From assembly GCA_951406725.2 (NCBI GenBank), contig OX597821.1, forward strand, positions 74,648,001 to 74,712,000: a stretch of DNA of 64,000 bases, in the 5' to 3' direction. Source of the stretch: Octopus vulgaris. Lineage: Eukaryota. Within the stretch, counting starts at the first letter, position 1. Every line of letters starts with the position of its first letter. Below, piece by piece: positions 1-13,990 of this stretch. A model generated the notes under the pieces. It saw nothing but the letters and a program-made list of their open reading frames with translations. It searched no databases and had not been told where the DNA came from. A program made the position numbers and the translations under genes.

Positions 1-620
1 ACTTCATTTTTGTTCGTGATGCCGTTAGGACCAGAGAAGAAGCCAGCTCAACCCACCCTGGGTGAACGCCGTCACAAGTACAAATAAGTACATAACGACG
101 GGTGTTGTTTTCTTCTAAATGTTGCAAGTCTTCAGTTCCCCGTTTCGAAATCATGTTTGAAAAGCGCAGACTTGGTGTTCCATTCACATTACCAGCGTTT
201 TTTCTTCTATCAAAGCTTATGTGTATGTATGGAAGTATTCTTGTTGTTTTGCTGCTAAAAATTCGTGTCTTGCCATTCAATAAACATTCTCGATCATTTT
301 CTCACTGTTTTACTTGTATTTGTTTTCGTTATCTCTGGAAGGCATTTTCTATATTTTTTGTTGAGAAAATTAAGAAGAGAAATTGTCCGGCAGCTTTCCT
401 TTTTCTCCGTCTGTAACTTATGAGCAGACTTCCAGCACACTTATTGAAAATATAGCTAAGAAGCTATTTTTCATGACTACATTTGAAATTTGGTAGAATC
501 TAGAGCCTTGAAGATCAAACCACCACGACCACAAACAACAAAAACAACGACAACTACGTAAATAACCACAATAACAATGAAGATATTGTTGATAATAATG
601 ATTATAGTGTTAAACAAGGC

Positions 621-651
<31 letters not shown>

Positions 652-653
<2 letters not shown>

Positions 654-860
654 TTCTACTCTAGGTACAGGGTCCGAAACTTTTAGGGAGTGGGACACCA
701 GTCGATTAGATCGACTCCAGTAAAATTTGATACTTAATTTATCAACCTCGAAAAGATGAAAGGTAAAGTCGACCACGGTGGAATTTGAACTTAGAACGTA
801 GCGGCAGGCGAAATACGGCTACGCAGTTCACCCAGCGTGCTAACGTTTCTGCCAGCTCAC
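652..860 (-). mobile_element. tRNA-derived SINE family A (Meta/MESC-like core), short-tail type
   Basis: Reverse strand: GAGCTGGCAGAAACGTTAGCAC head, B-box-like GTTCAAATTCC, core GTCGACTTTACCTTTCATC; homologous to 52862-53096. Confidence 0.85.
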
Positions 861-865
861 TATCT

Positions 866-866
<1 letters not shown>

Positions 867-905
<39 letters not shown>

Positions 906-953
906 GCTGCTACTGCTGCTGCTACTACTACTACTACTAATAATAATAATAGT

Positions 954-1024
<71 letters not shown>

Positions 1025-1045
1025 CGTTATTATTATTATTATTAT
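867..1045. repeat. Compound microsatellite (CTA)n/(CTG)n-(TAA)n-(TTA)n
   Basis: Seen directly; TAA and TTA arms abut as an inverted repeat near 983. Confidence 0.95.
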
Positions 1046-1569
1046 ATGAAAAATAAGATGAAGAAGAACAACAACAACAACAATACACTGTAAAGTCACA
1101 GATGTTTATGATTTTTATTTTTTCCACCCGTAAAAGCGCCTAGAATCTTACACGTAAAAGTGAAAACAGAAACCCAAGCATTATACGTTTCCCAGGTATT
1201 ATAACATGCTACAACCGGAAACGGATATGTATTTTGGAAATAGTACATAACGTTTATCAACTGATAGTGTTGAACTTAATTGCTAGTTTCCATGTTTCTC
1301 AGAAATCTTCAGTCAGCATGTTACTGCAGTAGAGAGGCACCGCTTAATCGATAATTCTACTGTAATTATAGTTTAGGAGAGAATCGTAAATAACGATGAC
1401 GAATTTCATCGATTATCTCAGAATTACTTACCTACATAAATCTTATCATCATTTTCACCTGACCCGGCCTCCTTCCCCCTCCATCCCTTTATAATTTTCG
1501 CTTCCTTTGCCCCCCTCTCTCTGTTTCTATATAATCTCCCCATATTTTTTCCTCTTCCTCTCTCACTCA

Positions 1570-1620
<51 letters not shown>

Positions 1621-2779
1621 GCCCTCTCTCTAGTAAGAGGAAATGGATTAATTGAAAAGAAAGAGGTTGATATTTTTGCGTTTAGGGAAGGAGAAAATCA
1701 GGGATATATTTAAATAAGAAATAGATAGAAGGGAGCCAGATAGGGAAAGAGAGTGTGAGAGAGAGAGCGGGGGAGAGTATTTTAGAAAAGAAGAAAGAGG
1801 GAGAAAAGATGCAATTAAACGGAAAATTACCTGTGGGGAAAATCGTTATATAAAATATCTGATTTTCAATTCGATCTAATAATTGGTGAATATATTTTTT
1901 TCGATGAAATTCACAAGGCTTGCTCTATAATAAATAAATAAATCAATATTTGATTCCGATTTACAAAAAGAAGAAAAAAAAAGTGGTTTGCCAGTTTATT
2001 TCCAATCTTATTAAATGCACTGCCATTTCTCAACCAATCGTTATACTGTGTCTTCGTAATACTACGTACAAACACAATCTCGGTGTATTAACAACGAATA
2101 TACGAAACATTTTTTTAATGTCTATCAAAATAGAATCGAATTAATGAATTTTCAAAAAATTAGCAGTTTGCTTTTATTTTTATTTTATTATTATTATTAT
2201 TATTATTTTTTTGTAAACTTAAGCACAACATCAAAAATACTCAAAAACAGGCAGAGCAAAACTAAATGAAAATGAAAATAAAAACAAGTGTTTCCAGACA
2301 GATTTTTTTAAAAAGTCAAAAAATTTAAACAAAGAATTTTAAATAATTATATTTGCTTAGTTTCGATTTCTTATATTAAAAAAAATCGTTTATTTTTATT
2401 TTTATTTCAGAAAGATTAAAATTACAAATATATTTAGAAATAAATTATTGTTTCCTTTGATTTCGCACAAAGTCCTTCTATTTTAAGAGGACAGAGGACG
2501 ACAAGTCAGTGGGAATGGTTGAGGTTCATGCTTAAGCCCTTTACAGTATTTAGTTTGTCTCCTCTGCGTCTTGAGTTCGAATCCGGCTATGGTTAATTTT
2601 ACTTTTCATCACATAGCTACTGGTGTTATGTACTGATTTCTTGATAAGCATCCCTCGACAAATTTGGTTTTACGTTTTAGGAGAATTCTCAAACACTTAA
2701 GTAACTTCAACCGAATGAAATAGTTTCCGCCAGGATTTGAAACTGCACTGTCAAATTAATGCCATTGAGCATTCCAATT

Positions 2780-2965
2780 ATTTTCCACTCAAGGCACAAG
2801 GTCCGAAATTTTGGTGGTGGGGGCCTGTCGATTAGATCGACCCCAGTACGCAACTAGTAATTGATTTATCGATCCCGAAAGGATGAAAGGTAAAGTCGAG
2901 CTCGGCGGAATTTGAACTCAGAACGTAAACACAGACGAAATGCCGTTAAGCATTTTGCCCACCTT
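2780..2965 (-). mobile_element. SINE family A with TSD
   Basis: Core GAAAGGATGAAAGGTAAAGTCGA; TSD ATTG(A/G)GCATTCCAATT at 2764-2779 and 2966-2981. Confidence 0.9.
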
Positions 2966-3298
2966 ATTGGGCATTCCAATTCTGAATTGGTCAACATGAT
3001 GTGTTGCTGTTATAGCCCAGTTTTTAGATAAGCTTGATTGAGCAGATCTAAGAGTAAATAAAGTCTTACCATGGCCATCACATCTAGTAAAGCATGTAGG
3101 AATAGATTACCTTATGTGACCCTTTATGTAGGATGATGGAGTTTGACTTAGGAAAGTTTTGGCTTCTATCTCTAGCGGTTCGAGCAACAACGAAGTGGAT
3201 CTCTTCCTGGCCTTACACGAATCCAGTCAGTATTGTTATATGCGGTTGTGGTAAACACTCTAGGGTAAGCGCATGATCAAGTTAAAGAGTAAAAGAGT

Positions 3299-3645
3299 AT
3301 ATGTGGGCACAGGACGTCATGAAGCGTGTACAACAAAAAATACGAAGTACGAGTACTTTGAATATGAATAATTTTTTCGAACACCGAAAGAAACAAATGA
3401 AAAACAAGACAAACAACATAAAGAAGGACCCTTCATCCGTTGTTGGCTGTTTTTTTTTCTGCTGTCGTATTTCGAGCATTTAACAACAATATACGCTTTC
3501 GATAAAACAGTTACTCCTGCAAAGCAAACTAAATAAAATTTGGGATTTTGCGGAGGGTCAAAATTGGTAACGCAAACAGGACAGTGAAAACGAACGGGAA
3601 GGGCTGCTAAGCCTAAACGAAGTTGTGGTGGCGAACGCGTAAATC
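3299..3645 (-). mobile_element. Non-autonomous repeat family P1 (possibly Penelope-related)
   Basis: Terminus TGGGCACAGGACGTCA and internal blocks shared with 58718-59160, 27750-28540 and 30249-30480; abuts microsatellite. Confidence 0.6.
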
Positions 3646-4071
3646 ATGTATGCATGTATGTATACATGTATGTATGTGTGTGTGTGTATTTATATGAATT
3701 CAAACACACACACACACACACACATAGACGTAAGAATTGTATTGTTAAAGTTACAGAAAAAAGGTCTCCTGTCTAGCCACGATGCAATTTCAATGACTTA
3801 TCTCACTCAATCCGTTTTCTCTTGTATCACCAACAAAAGCTATTGTGCTTAGATTAAAATATACCCCATTCTATTTCCCTGCTTATAGGCTTCAGTGTAG
3901 GCATGAATACCACCACATCCCATTTCCTCTTCAGCCCAAATATAAATAAATGCTGCCTTGCGCCTATGTAAGAAATCCTTATTGACGAATTGAAGGACCG
4001 GGTTATAGCCGTCAACTCTACACAATATGCGCGTGGGCTGTATTTATGTGTTTATATATAGATTATTTGTA

Positions 4072-4352
4072 TTCCTTCTTCTTCTTCTTCTTCTTCTTCT
4101 TCTTCTTCTTCTTCTTCTTCTTCTCTTCTTTTTCTTCTTTCTTCTTTTTGTTCTTCTTCGTCTCCTCCTCTCCTCCTCTTCTTCTCTTTCTTCTTCTTCT
4201 TCTTCTTCTTCTCCCCCCTCCTCCTCCTCCTCTTCTTCTTCTTCGTCTTCTTCTCCTCCTCCTCCTCTTCTTATTTCTCTTCTCTTTCTTCTTCTTCTTC
4301 TTCTTCTTCTTCTTCTTCTCCTCTTTCTTCTTTCTTCTTCTTCTTCTTCTTC
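4072..4352. repeat. (CTT)n/(CCT)n polypyrimidine microsatellite
   Basis: Seen directly. Confidence 0.95.
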
Positions 4353-5259
4353 AAAAAGTATTATTATTATTCTCCAACTGTGAAACTAGGCCTGTTTCTG
4401 TTTGCTGTTGACACGTCTAGCCGCCAGATATTAGCTGTGCTGTCTCTTTTATATGTATATATATATCACCACCACTACCCCACCATCGCAGCAAACTAGT
4501 TGTTGCTCCACAACGATTCAACTCTTAAACAACACAATAGTCAAGCGAAGCCGATTTAATCGTTTCTCTTTCTTACACCCCTTTCTTTTCTTTTTTCAGC
4601 TGGGAGAGTTCAGTCTATTGTCAACAGATATTGCCTTTATATATCCCCCCGCTATTCCTTCAGCAATCGTTCTACAAATCCCTCTCCTCTTTAACTTCAC
4701 CTATTCAATGCTTCCAGCTAGTTTGTTACACTGGTGCACTCCTTCAAATCTACCCCGCTCTCTTCTCTGTTTTTATCCATTCAGTTTTATATTTTTTTTT
4801 TACATGTCCCTCTTCTCCATCGTTTTTTAAACTATTGGCAGCATTTTTTGTTATATTTTACTCATTCATTCTGGGTTTTTTTTCTTTGGTGATATTTGCC
4901 CAGGGACCGAAAGGAAAAGTATAAAAAGGAGAAAGAAACGGAAAAGCAAAGCGAGGCTCTTCTTTAACAAAAACAGACGTAGCTTGCTACGTCTGGTTGT
5001 GAAAGATTTCTTGATTTAATTTTGAAAGTTTTGACACTGATTCCAGTAAAATCCTTTCATTTAGAAGGTTCTGGATAACTCCTTTAAAATACTTTTCCTC
5101 ATCTTGGAATCAAGCATCCAGTCGATGTGGAGGTAAGCAAAATGAAATGAAGCGATTATGAAGCAAATGAAATGTTTTTGTTACTAAATGTTCGAATTCA
5201 TTGGTAGCCATTCTGCATTTTAATATTTCGTGAGCCAAGGGTAGGAATTGTAGTTTTGT

Positions 5260-5425
5260 CGGTGGGCTGGTGGAATCATTCGGACGTCGTCCAAAAATCT
5301 TAGAATTATTTATTCCGTCTGCCGTTACTTTCTGAGTTCAAATTCCACCAAGGTCGACTTTGCCTTTCATCCTTTCTGAGTTGATAAAGTACCAGTGAAA
5401 CACTGGGGTTGTTGTAATCGACTAG
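5260..5425 (+). mobile_element. SINE family A, diverged
   Basis: TCTGAGTTCAAATTCCACCAAGGTCGACTTTGCCTTTCATCCTTTC core. Confidence 0.85.
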
Positions 5426-7442
5426 CAGAAAGGATTATTAATTATTATTATTATTATTATTAGTAGTAGTAGTAGTAGTATTGAATGCTGCAGTATGTAA
5501 AGGTGTTTTTTCCTTCGGGCCCCGAGTAGTTTGGAAAATTTTCAGCAAGCACACCAGAAGGAAAAAAAATTTCTTTCAGATATTTTATCCACAGAGGAGC
5601 TTCTTGGAGCACGCTGGACGTCTATCGGAATTAGGAGCATACGAAAGCTCTATCATCCCTCGAATGTAATTTTTATGTTTCATTTTACATTTCGATTCAA
5701 AATGGTTTCCAGTCAGAGAACAAAAGTCTCAAAAGAAAATTGAAATTAATGTTATTATACGGACATATATAAAATAAACGCATTTAATTTCACAATAATA
5801 ACCCCAAGCCCCAATCGAGAAAAAATATGGTATTTTGATAGTTAAAAACATCAATTTGCTAATATGAACGATAAGTCTAACAACAACATCACTCTTGCAC
5901 ATTTTGCCAAAGGTAAAATGTAAGCTCATTTTAATAAGTGACAGCGTTCTTTAGATGGAATGAATATCAGCTAACTTGTAAAGAAACGAAATGGCAGTAA
6001 TGTGTGAGCAAAGGAAATGCCTCTTTGCCTGAAGCACTTATCGAAGAGCAGATAGGGAGGAAATATTATTTATCCCTAGTTCTGTACTTATCCTTATTAG
6101 AGTGGGTAATCCTGATGTTTGGAGGTTTTTATTTACCATAGGTGGTTGCCCCTACTCAAACAACGAATATCAATCTTTTTCTATGCCTTTGTTTTCTAAG
6201 ATCAAAAAGAAAAAAATATCCTGAAAGCATCCCTATTTTTGAAATTTACCCTTGTAATGTCTTCTCTTGCGCCAAAAAAAAAAAAGAAATTATCTGTAGG
6301 ATTCCGAGGTTGTCAATCATGATTCGAACAGAAACCGGTGTTGCATTGGGTTCTCTCCATTTACGCTTTAAGCTCGACTTCATCTGTCGTAACATCGAGG
6401 TCGATAAACAAGTGCCTCTAAATCCAGTTTTTTTTTTTGAAAGGATCTAAGAAGTAATATTTCTCGCTATGGTTGATAAGGAAAATGTTTACGTAGAAAA
6501 TGTTATGATGTTTGATGCAGACATACATAAGCAAACGAGGCTGATGAAGTGATGTTATGGTTGAAAGCAGGTCATTCAGAAGACTTCTCTTTCCAAATAA
6601 CCAATACAATGGATATTTTATGGCAATTAAATAGGCATAAGTCAAGCTTTCCACTCAGGTTCGATTCCCAGTGGTAGCAGCTTTATCACAGACTCTTTCA
6701 ATGAAGGCATGAATGTTATAATTCCAATTCCCATCAGTAAATATAATTGATCAAACTTCGTTGCATGCCTCTCATACCCGAGGCTGAGTATTCCATAGAC
6801 ATGTTCAACGTTAACATAATGCTTAGCGTGAGTGACACAATATGTGTCTTTCTAAAACACTTTGTTTACTACTATTTGTTGTTTCACTGACCAGTATAGT
6901 AAATGTTAAACGGAAAGTCTGTCAACAGTGAATTACAGAGAAAATGTAACTAGGGTCGCCATCCTGCATATAAAACAATAGTCAAGTTAGTGTTACCTTA
7001 TGTAAAGTAAATACTGTCGAGCGAACTAGAAATAGGTATGCTGTGAGAAAAAGACAATATATCTCAGGTAACTGATGTAGATTTTATTATTGCGACGAAA
7101 AAGGGAGCTAATTCCGGGCAAGTTCCGCTCATATCAGACTTTTTCAGCGTAGTTTGGATTTCACTGTAGTTCCTGAAATAATTCTCTGAGAATCATTAAT
7201 TATATGTATAATGTGGTGGTGCATAATTAGCATATTTTCGAGAACAGCTTACCAAAAATAAACAAATAAAAAGTATACGATAAAATTAAAAAAAAGAAAA
7301 TAAGCTATCCAGGGTGGACATCCACTTGAAACACATTGGTCAAGCCAGTGTTCCTTTGACCAGTGTGTTTGGTGAATGTCACTGAATGAAGAATTCAACA
7401 ATTTGTATATATTATTTTGGTGTGTTCTATAAGCCCACAGGC

Positions 7443-7665
7443 ATACGGCGTAGTGGTTAAGAGCGCGGACTACTAACTCCGAGTTCGATTCCAGGCAGTG
7501 ACCTTAATAATGATAACATCGAAAAATAACTTAGGAATGAAAACCCAGGTTCGAAATTTCCCCAAGACACCTGATGAAGACTGGAGGGTATATCAGCCAA
7601 AACGTTGTGTTAACACCAAAGAAGATGAGGACAAATATCAGTCAAATGTAAATAATGTACATAAT
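7443..7665 (+). mobile_element. tRNA-headed SINE family D carrying a hammerhead motif
   Basis: A box CGGCGTAGTGG, B box GTTCGATTCC (7483-7492), short AAT linker, hammerhead-bearing body; homologous to 47092-47388 and 48075-48368. Confidence 0.8.
7566..7611 (+). ncRNA. Minimal type I hammerhead ribozyme motif (G12 mutated in this copy)
   Basis: GACAC-CTGATGA-A-GACTG..CAGCC-AAAA-C-GTT-GTGTT; sister copies retain GGCTG/CAGCC-GAAA. Confidence 0.6.
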
Positions 7666-8106
7666 GTATTTTGGTGTGTATAAAACAAATCCCCTGAACC
7701 ACGTAAAAATAGTTTTGACTAAAAGAATAAAGAATATAATCAAATCTTGTAACTACCATAACAATTGATAATAAGAATTTCAATAGTTACAGCTTCGTAA
7801 CAGAGATACGGCAACCCACACTGGCATGTTTATACTAATTCGTATGCACATACAATTAGATTTGTTTGTTGTGCCAATCACGAAGTGAAAGAGGCAAAAG
7901 GAGAGAGAAAGAGAAAGGGAGAGGAGAGAGAAGGCAGTTGTATAAAATTCATATGCAAATATTAACATATGGATTTCATGCTATAATTTCCCAATTGTTT
8001 TCTAATAAAGCTCCGGGCTTTTAACAGTCTATTAGTCTTTTTTGTCAGTAGCTATTGTACAATTCCTATCAAAACGAAATTCCACGTTTTATTGCATTGT
8101 ACACAG

Positions 8107-8269
8107 AGGCGTAGGAGTGGCTCTCTGGTAAGTAGCTTGTTTACCAGCTACATGGTTCCGGGTTCAGTCTCACTGCGTTGCACCTTGGGCAAGTGTCTTC
8201 TACTATAGCCTCGGGCCTACCAAAGCCTTGTGAGTGGATTTCGTAGATGGAAACTGAAAGAAGCCTGTC

Positions 8270-8335
<66 letters not shown>

Positions 8336-8564
8336 GGGTGTATGTGTGTATATGTTGGTGTGTCTGTGTTTGTCCCCCCACCAACATCGTTTGACAACCA
8401 ATGCTGGTATGTTTACGTCCCCGTAACTTAGCCGTTCGGCAAAACAGACGGATAGAATAAGTACTAAGCTTACAAAGAATAAGCCCTGGGGTTGATTTGC
8501 TCGACTAAAGGCAGTGCTGTATCATGGCCGCAGTCAAATGACTGAAATAATTAAAAGAGTAAAA
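8107..8564 (+). mobile_element. tRNA-derived CORE-like SINE family B with internal microsatellite
   Basis: GTGGCTCTCTGGTAAG head, GGTTCAGTCTCAC B-box-like, ACCTTGGGCAAGT CORE-like motif, internal (TA)n, tail CATGGCCGCAGTCAAATGACTGAAA. Confidence 0.88.
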
Positions 8565-9052
8565 TAAAATATCCATGCACACATCCAAGTGTGTGCCTGT
8601 AGGTGTGATTGGCGGTGGGTGTGGTGTCTATGTATACGTGTGTGTAACAAAAAGAGAGCGAGAGAGAGAACAAGAGAGAGGGATGTATCTATGTGTCTGT
8701 ATGTGTGTGATAGTATGAGCGTGTTTGTGAGACAATGTGTGTACAAGTGTGTGTCTTCAGTGGAATGTTTTGTTGCAAGTACTTGGTCCGGGTTTCCTGT
8801 TCGAGAATATATTCCTCGCAGCAGTCTATGTGGCTGTAAAAAAAGTGTCACGGCCGTTGCTCTTTCTCTCCCTCCACCTAGACGATAAAAGAATCATTTT
8901 GAAGAGATGTATGTGTGTGTGCGTGTGTATGTGTGTGTGCGTGTGTTTGTTTATACTTTTGCTTAGGCTAAGTAAGTTTTAATAATGCTTCTTGCAGCAA
9001 CACAGAGAATATTACTGAGAATTATCTCTTTCCCATATAGATTCACACACAC

Positions 9053-9113
<61 letters not shown>

Positions 9114-9191
9114 CATATAGATACATATATGTCAGTTTGTTTTAAAACTCCCAGTAGAATTCAATAATAAAGCACAGAAATTACTAGTTAT

Positions 9192-9229
<38 letters not shown>

Positions 9230-9235
9230 TATATA

Positions 9236-9271
<36 letters not shown>

Positions 9272-9276
<5 letters not shown>

Positions 9277-9388
9277 GTTCCTGGCTTTGGCTAAAAGAAA
9301 ATACTAGAGAATCAGTTAATTATGATTTTATGCAATATATTCCCCTCTCAGATTCACAGACATATATTTATTTGTTAATACACCCCTC

Positions 9389-9391
<3 letters not shown>
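9272..9391 (-). mobile_element. Mariner-derived relic in a (TA)n tract
   Basis: Terminus TACGAGGGGTG on minus strand; encodes VNLRGEYIA* like the mariner transposase C-terminus; related to 38609-38828. Confidence 0.6.
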
Positions 9392-9450
<59 letters not shown>

Positions 9451-9467
9451 GTGTATGTATATATATG

Positions 9468-9524
<57 letters not shown>

Positions 9525-9811
9525 ATATGAAAGAGAGAGAAAGAGGAAGAGAGAGAGAGAGAGAGAGAGAGAGCTTCATGTTTGCATGGGCACAAACAGG
9601 GCGTATTGAGAGACGAACAAATTGCTTTGAGATATTTATTTATGTTCCTTTGCGTCGAAGTTCAATTTTTGTCGACTTCCGCTTTCATTCTATCGAGCAA
9701 TGTAACACACACACACACAAAAAAAATTACGTGCGCATATATATACATATACATGTATATATATATGTGTGTAAGTATGTATATATCTGGACGATTTGTT
9801 GTGTATGTATG

Positions 9812-9850
<39 letters not shown>

Positions 9851-11121
9851 ATATATAAGTTTACATATGTGTGTGTGTGTGTAAAATGCTTCAGACATAT
9901 GCATACATATTTATGTAAATTCAATTCGATTCACCTACTGATATACATATCTATATCCATTTCCGACTCACCAGTCAGTAACATTTTACCCCTCCCACTG
10001 CCTTCTGTCCTCTCTCTTTCTCACTCTCTCTTGCCATTTCTTTTTTTTTTTTTTGTAATTTATTATTGTTTCTGCACTGACCTTAATGAACAAACATATC
10101 CGAAAATTCTGTGTTTCCTCTTTATTGGAAAAAAAAAGATAAGTAAATTCGACACAGATAGATTATTTTACAGCATATTGTTAAAATTTTGTTTTTCGAT
10201 CTCTAAGTCAAAAGCAATTTTGTCTCCCGAACTAAAAAATATTACTTGAGTTTTGTTGTTGGTCTCTTTCGTTCACATTACCTGCCTTGCTTCTTTTTGT
10301 TGTTCTTTTAATTTCCTCTACGGACCAAAAAGATTAACTGTATGAGCAAGAGCGAGTACAAACTTGGTAAGCGATTCTAAAGTAAGTTAACTAAATAAAC
10401 CCATCAAACGGGGGAACACCTGTAGGTAAGTAAATCAAACAGAGGAAGGAAAACATCAGCAAAGAGAAGTGAGGTACGGCTTAAAGAATACTGTTTAATA
10501 ATTACAGAACAATTAAGCTGTTTAAACTGATGTGTAAGTTGTTAAAAAGAAGTCTAAGGACGGTGAGGTGGAGGAAAAGAAAAGATTGAAAGCAGGGAAA
10601 CCAACAAGCCGCTGTTTGGTTTGGAACAGATAATAAAAGATATTTTGTGCCCCATAATGAGTGAGTATCCGGTATTAGAACGGAAGCAATAAAGGAAGTA
10701 AGAAGTGTGCATATCTCCGTTGATCTTGTAGCGATCCGATTGATTTAGCGGCACCATCAGCGTGGAGAAAAACCGGTTTCAGGAAGGAAGGAAAAAAAAA
10801 AAAAAAAAAAGGCACAGAAAAAAGAAAAAAAAAAAGAGAGAGAAAAAAAATCTTGTTCAAGTAAGTCGTCTTCTATGGCCAGATCAGTCACATCTTGCCC
10901 TTCAAGTGTAGTTTCTGTTCGCGAGTTTCTTTGAAGATAGAGAAGAAATGTAAACACAAGCTGTAAATCCACTGTCGTTGACGATGGTTTTGTTCGTCGG
11001 TCACCTTACACAGTAGCAGCAGTAATTCAAGATCGGCTATTATCTGACACTTGCGCCTAGGCGATAATTTTCTATTTATCGCTGTACTAGCTCGAGAAGT
11101 GTTTATTTTACAAACGAATAA

Positions 11122-11272
<151 letters not shown>

Positions 11273-11463
11273 TTTTGAACCAGTTGAAGACACACGAGAT
11301 GTCGAAATATCGTTCACTAGATAACAATGGCACTCTCCTTTTAATTTTTGACTCTATATCTTCAGGAGGAGTTACCTCAATCCTTTATATATATTTAATA
11401 ATAATAATAGTAATAGTAATACGCCATGTACGCCACTAGCGCAGCAGGAATATAATATATATA

Positions 11464-12008
11464 TAGCAAGGTTTGTCCATTGGACACTTTGAAACCAGTA
11501 TGGACTTGACAGAGCAAGAAATTTGTACGACCACAAACCCGAAGGCATCATAGAAAATGATAATGCAAAGATCCTGTGGGATTTTATGATTCAGTGCGAC
11601 CATGAGATAGAGAATAGGAAGCCAGACATAGTCTTGAGAAAGAAGACAAACTATGCTGGATGATAGATATAGCATGCCCAGCTGACAACAAGGTATGCGA
11701 TAAGGAAGAAAGAAAAGTCGAAAAATATGACAGGTTAGCTTCGGAGGTAAAGCATTTGTGGTCGATGAAAAAGGTGGTAGTAGTACCAATAATTATAGGA
11801 GCCCTGGGAACAGTGAGCAAAAATCTTGAGGAGTACATAGAACAAATAGGAGCTGCAATAAGGGCCTGCACTTGCAGAAAACAGCACTGCTTCGAACCGC
11901 TCGAATACTCCGGAAGGTGCTCGAAAAATAAGAGGTGTTACCTTAGTTCACTGGTAATGAGTAGCTGATATTGTAATACATCTCCAGCGTTAGTAGCTGT
12001 GCAAAGGC
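11464..12008 (+). mobile_element. 3' end of R4/Dong-type non-LTR retrotransposon: restriction-like endonuclease, disrupted
   Basis: With frameshifts reads YDHKPEGIIENDNAKILWDFMIQCDHEIENRKPDIV..WMIDIACPAD..EKYDRL..VVPIIIGALG..LQKTALLRTARILRKVLEK*; ends in (TAA)n. Confidence 0.88.
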
Positions 12009-12027
12009 AATAATAATAATAATAATG

Positions 12028-12296
12028 AATTAAACATAATGACACGAAGGAAAAGACAAAGAAAGAGTACCTGCGGCGAGTGAGAGAAATATTGGCTTCA
12101 AAGCTGAATGCCACAAACATAATTTCAGCAATAAACTCACAAGCAGTTGCAGTAGTTTGGTATGGCACTGGAATCCTGAAGCCAACAGAGGAGGAGATAA
12201 AGGTTATGGACAGGAAATCGAGAAAGCTCCTAACGATGCATGGAGTCCATCATCCATGTGCGGACACTGATCATCTATACGTGAAGGGAGCAAATA
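12028..12296 (+). mobile_element. R4/Dong-type post-RT (thumb) fragment
   Basis: KEYLRRVREILASKLNATNIISAINSQAVAVVWYGTGI..MDRKSRKLLTMHGVHHPCADTDHLY. Confidence 0.82.
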
Positions 12297-12436
12297 CTCA
12301 ACTGGTACTTGTCTTATCTGTCCCGAAAGGATGAAAAGCAAAGTCGACTTCGGCGGAATTTGAAATCAGAATGTTACAAGTGAGAAATGTTGCTAAGCAG
12401 TTTGTCTGACTTCCTAACAGTTCTGCCAGCTCGCCA
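12297..12436 (-). mobile_element. SINE family A, partial
   Basis: CGAAAGGATGAAAGCAAAGTCGACTTCGGCGGAATTTGAA..TCTGCCAGCTCGCC. Confidence 0.85.
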
Positions 12437-12455
12437 CCACCACCACCACCACCAT

Positions 12456-12522
<67 letters not shown>

Positions 12523-13774
12523 GCGGCTGCTGTTGCTGCTGTTGTTGCTGTTTCTGTTGCTTCTGCTGCTGCTGCTGATGATGTTGATGATTTCTAAAAG
12601 AACCTCTAAAGGTTTACAGATTGAGGATGGTAGAAAGCGAAACAATACGAGGTAGGGTGGCATGAAGGCGTGTAAACAATAAATTAACAAAACAAAAACA
12701 TAGAAACAAAAATTTCCAAACGTGGAATATTTCCCCAAAAGATGGAGGGAGACGTTCGAAGGCTGCAAATAATCGGCGAGTGATGCTGTCATCCTTTCAT
12801 TTCCTATCCACTTTCAGTTGCCCTGAACAACGTCCATGGGTGCAGCCCTTCCTTCTTTGATGAAGCCATCAAAATTAAATAGTTTTATATATAAAAATTT
12901 TAATGAAAATGAAACACAAAATTTTGATTCTTTTGGAAAGCCATGTAAAGCTTTATTTAATGACATACTGCAATCGTTTAGAGAGATTTTTCTACAACAA
13001 AATGAGAAAAGCCATTATTGAGACGTTAACGGCATCTCTTTTTTTGTTTTTGGTTTTTCTGAGAATGAAGTCTCGAATCATTGAATTTAAGCTTTTTCCT
13101 ATGATATGCGAGAATGGTACGGAATATGTGAGAACAGTTGAAGCTGCTGTACCTGCCTATATGAAGAGATCAATATCCGGATGAAACGATTTGCTGTTAA
13201 GCTGAACGAAGTTGTAAAAGATCAATTCAATTAGTCACTCCCTACCACTGTCTTTCTAATTGGAACAGGAAATAATAGATTAAATGTTCGAAATCATCTA
13301 TTGTTGCTAAAATATTCAAAATATCTAAAAAGCGAATGCTTCTAATTTGCTTCTAAAATTGTAAAGTTTCTCGGACTGTTTATTTAATAACATCCTTCGT
13401 TTTCACTTCTCAAAAGCTTGCAGCCAATGAATTTAGAGAAACGAAGCAAAACAAAAGCCTCAAGGATAACAATATTATAAACAACAATCAGAGTAACAAA
13501 AGAAACCCGGCTGCTTATCAACATTTGATGGCTGATCCCTGTTAAAAAATGAACAACTCAACAACTGGGTTTTTCTGATTCATTAACAAAACAATACCCG
13601 CATCAGCTTCGATATTTGACCAATCATTTCAATGTAATTCCTGACTTTTAACTCTGTTACACTACATATTGTTAGTTGTGTCGCGGTGATATTGGGTTAA
13701 TACCAGGATCTTTCGCAAGTTATTTGTGGTTAACCAGGAAACAAGCAGAATTGGAACCCAGCAGTGTAAATTGC

Positions 13775-13990
13775 TCTCAAATTTTGGCACAAGAGCAGCA
13801 AGTTCGAAGGAGGGGGGTTAAGTCGATTAAATCGACCCCCAGTGTTCAACTGGTACTTATTTTATTGACTCCGATGGATAAAACGCAAAGTCCACCTCGG
13901 CAGTATTTGAAATGAGAACGTAAGGGCGAACGAAAAGTGGTTAAGCATTGTGCTCGGTGTGTTAACGATTCTGCCAGCGCGTCGTCTTAC
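13775..13990 (-). mobile_element. SINE family A, diverged
   Basis: AAGTCGATTAAATCGACCCCAGTG..CAAAGTCCACCTCGGCAGTATTTGAA..TCTGCCAGC. Confidence 0.8.

Noticed and set aside
4600-5138. Candidate plus-strand exon (acceptor at 4599, donor near 5133) and donor at 10861
   Set aside because: Splice-like words are common in AT-rich DNA; no coding support
5481-5670. Possible L1/Tx1 LINE C-terminal relic
   Set aside because: Resemblance needs several frameshifts; too weak to call
9437-10249. 270 aa ORF, and the many YIYI/poly-I/poly-S/HTHT ORFs throughout
   Set aside because: Open only because microsatellites lack stops in some frames; no domain content
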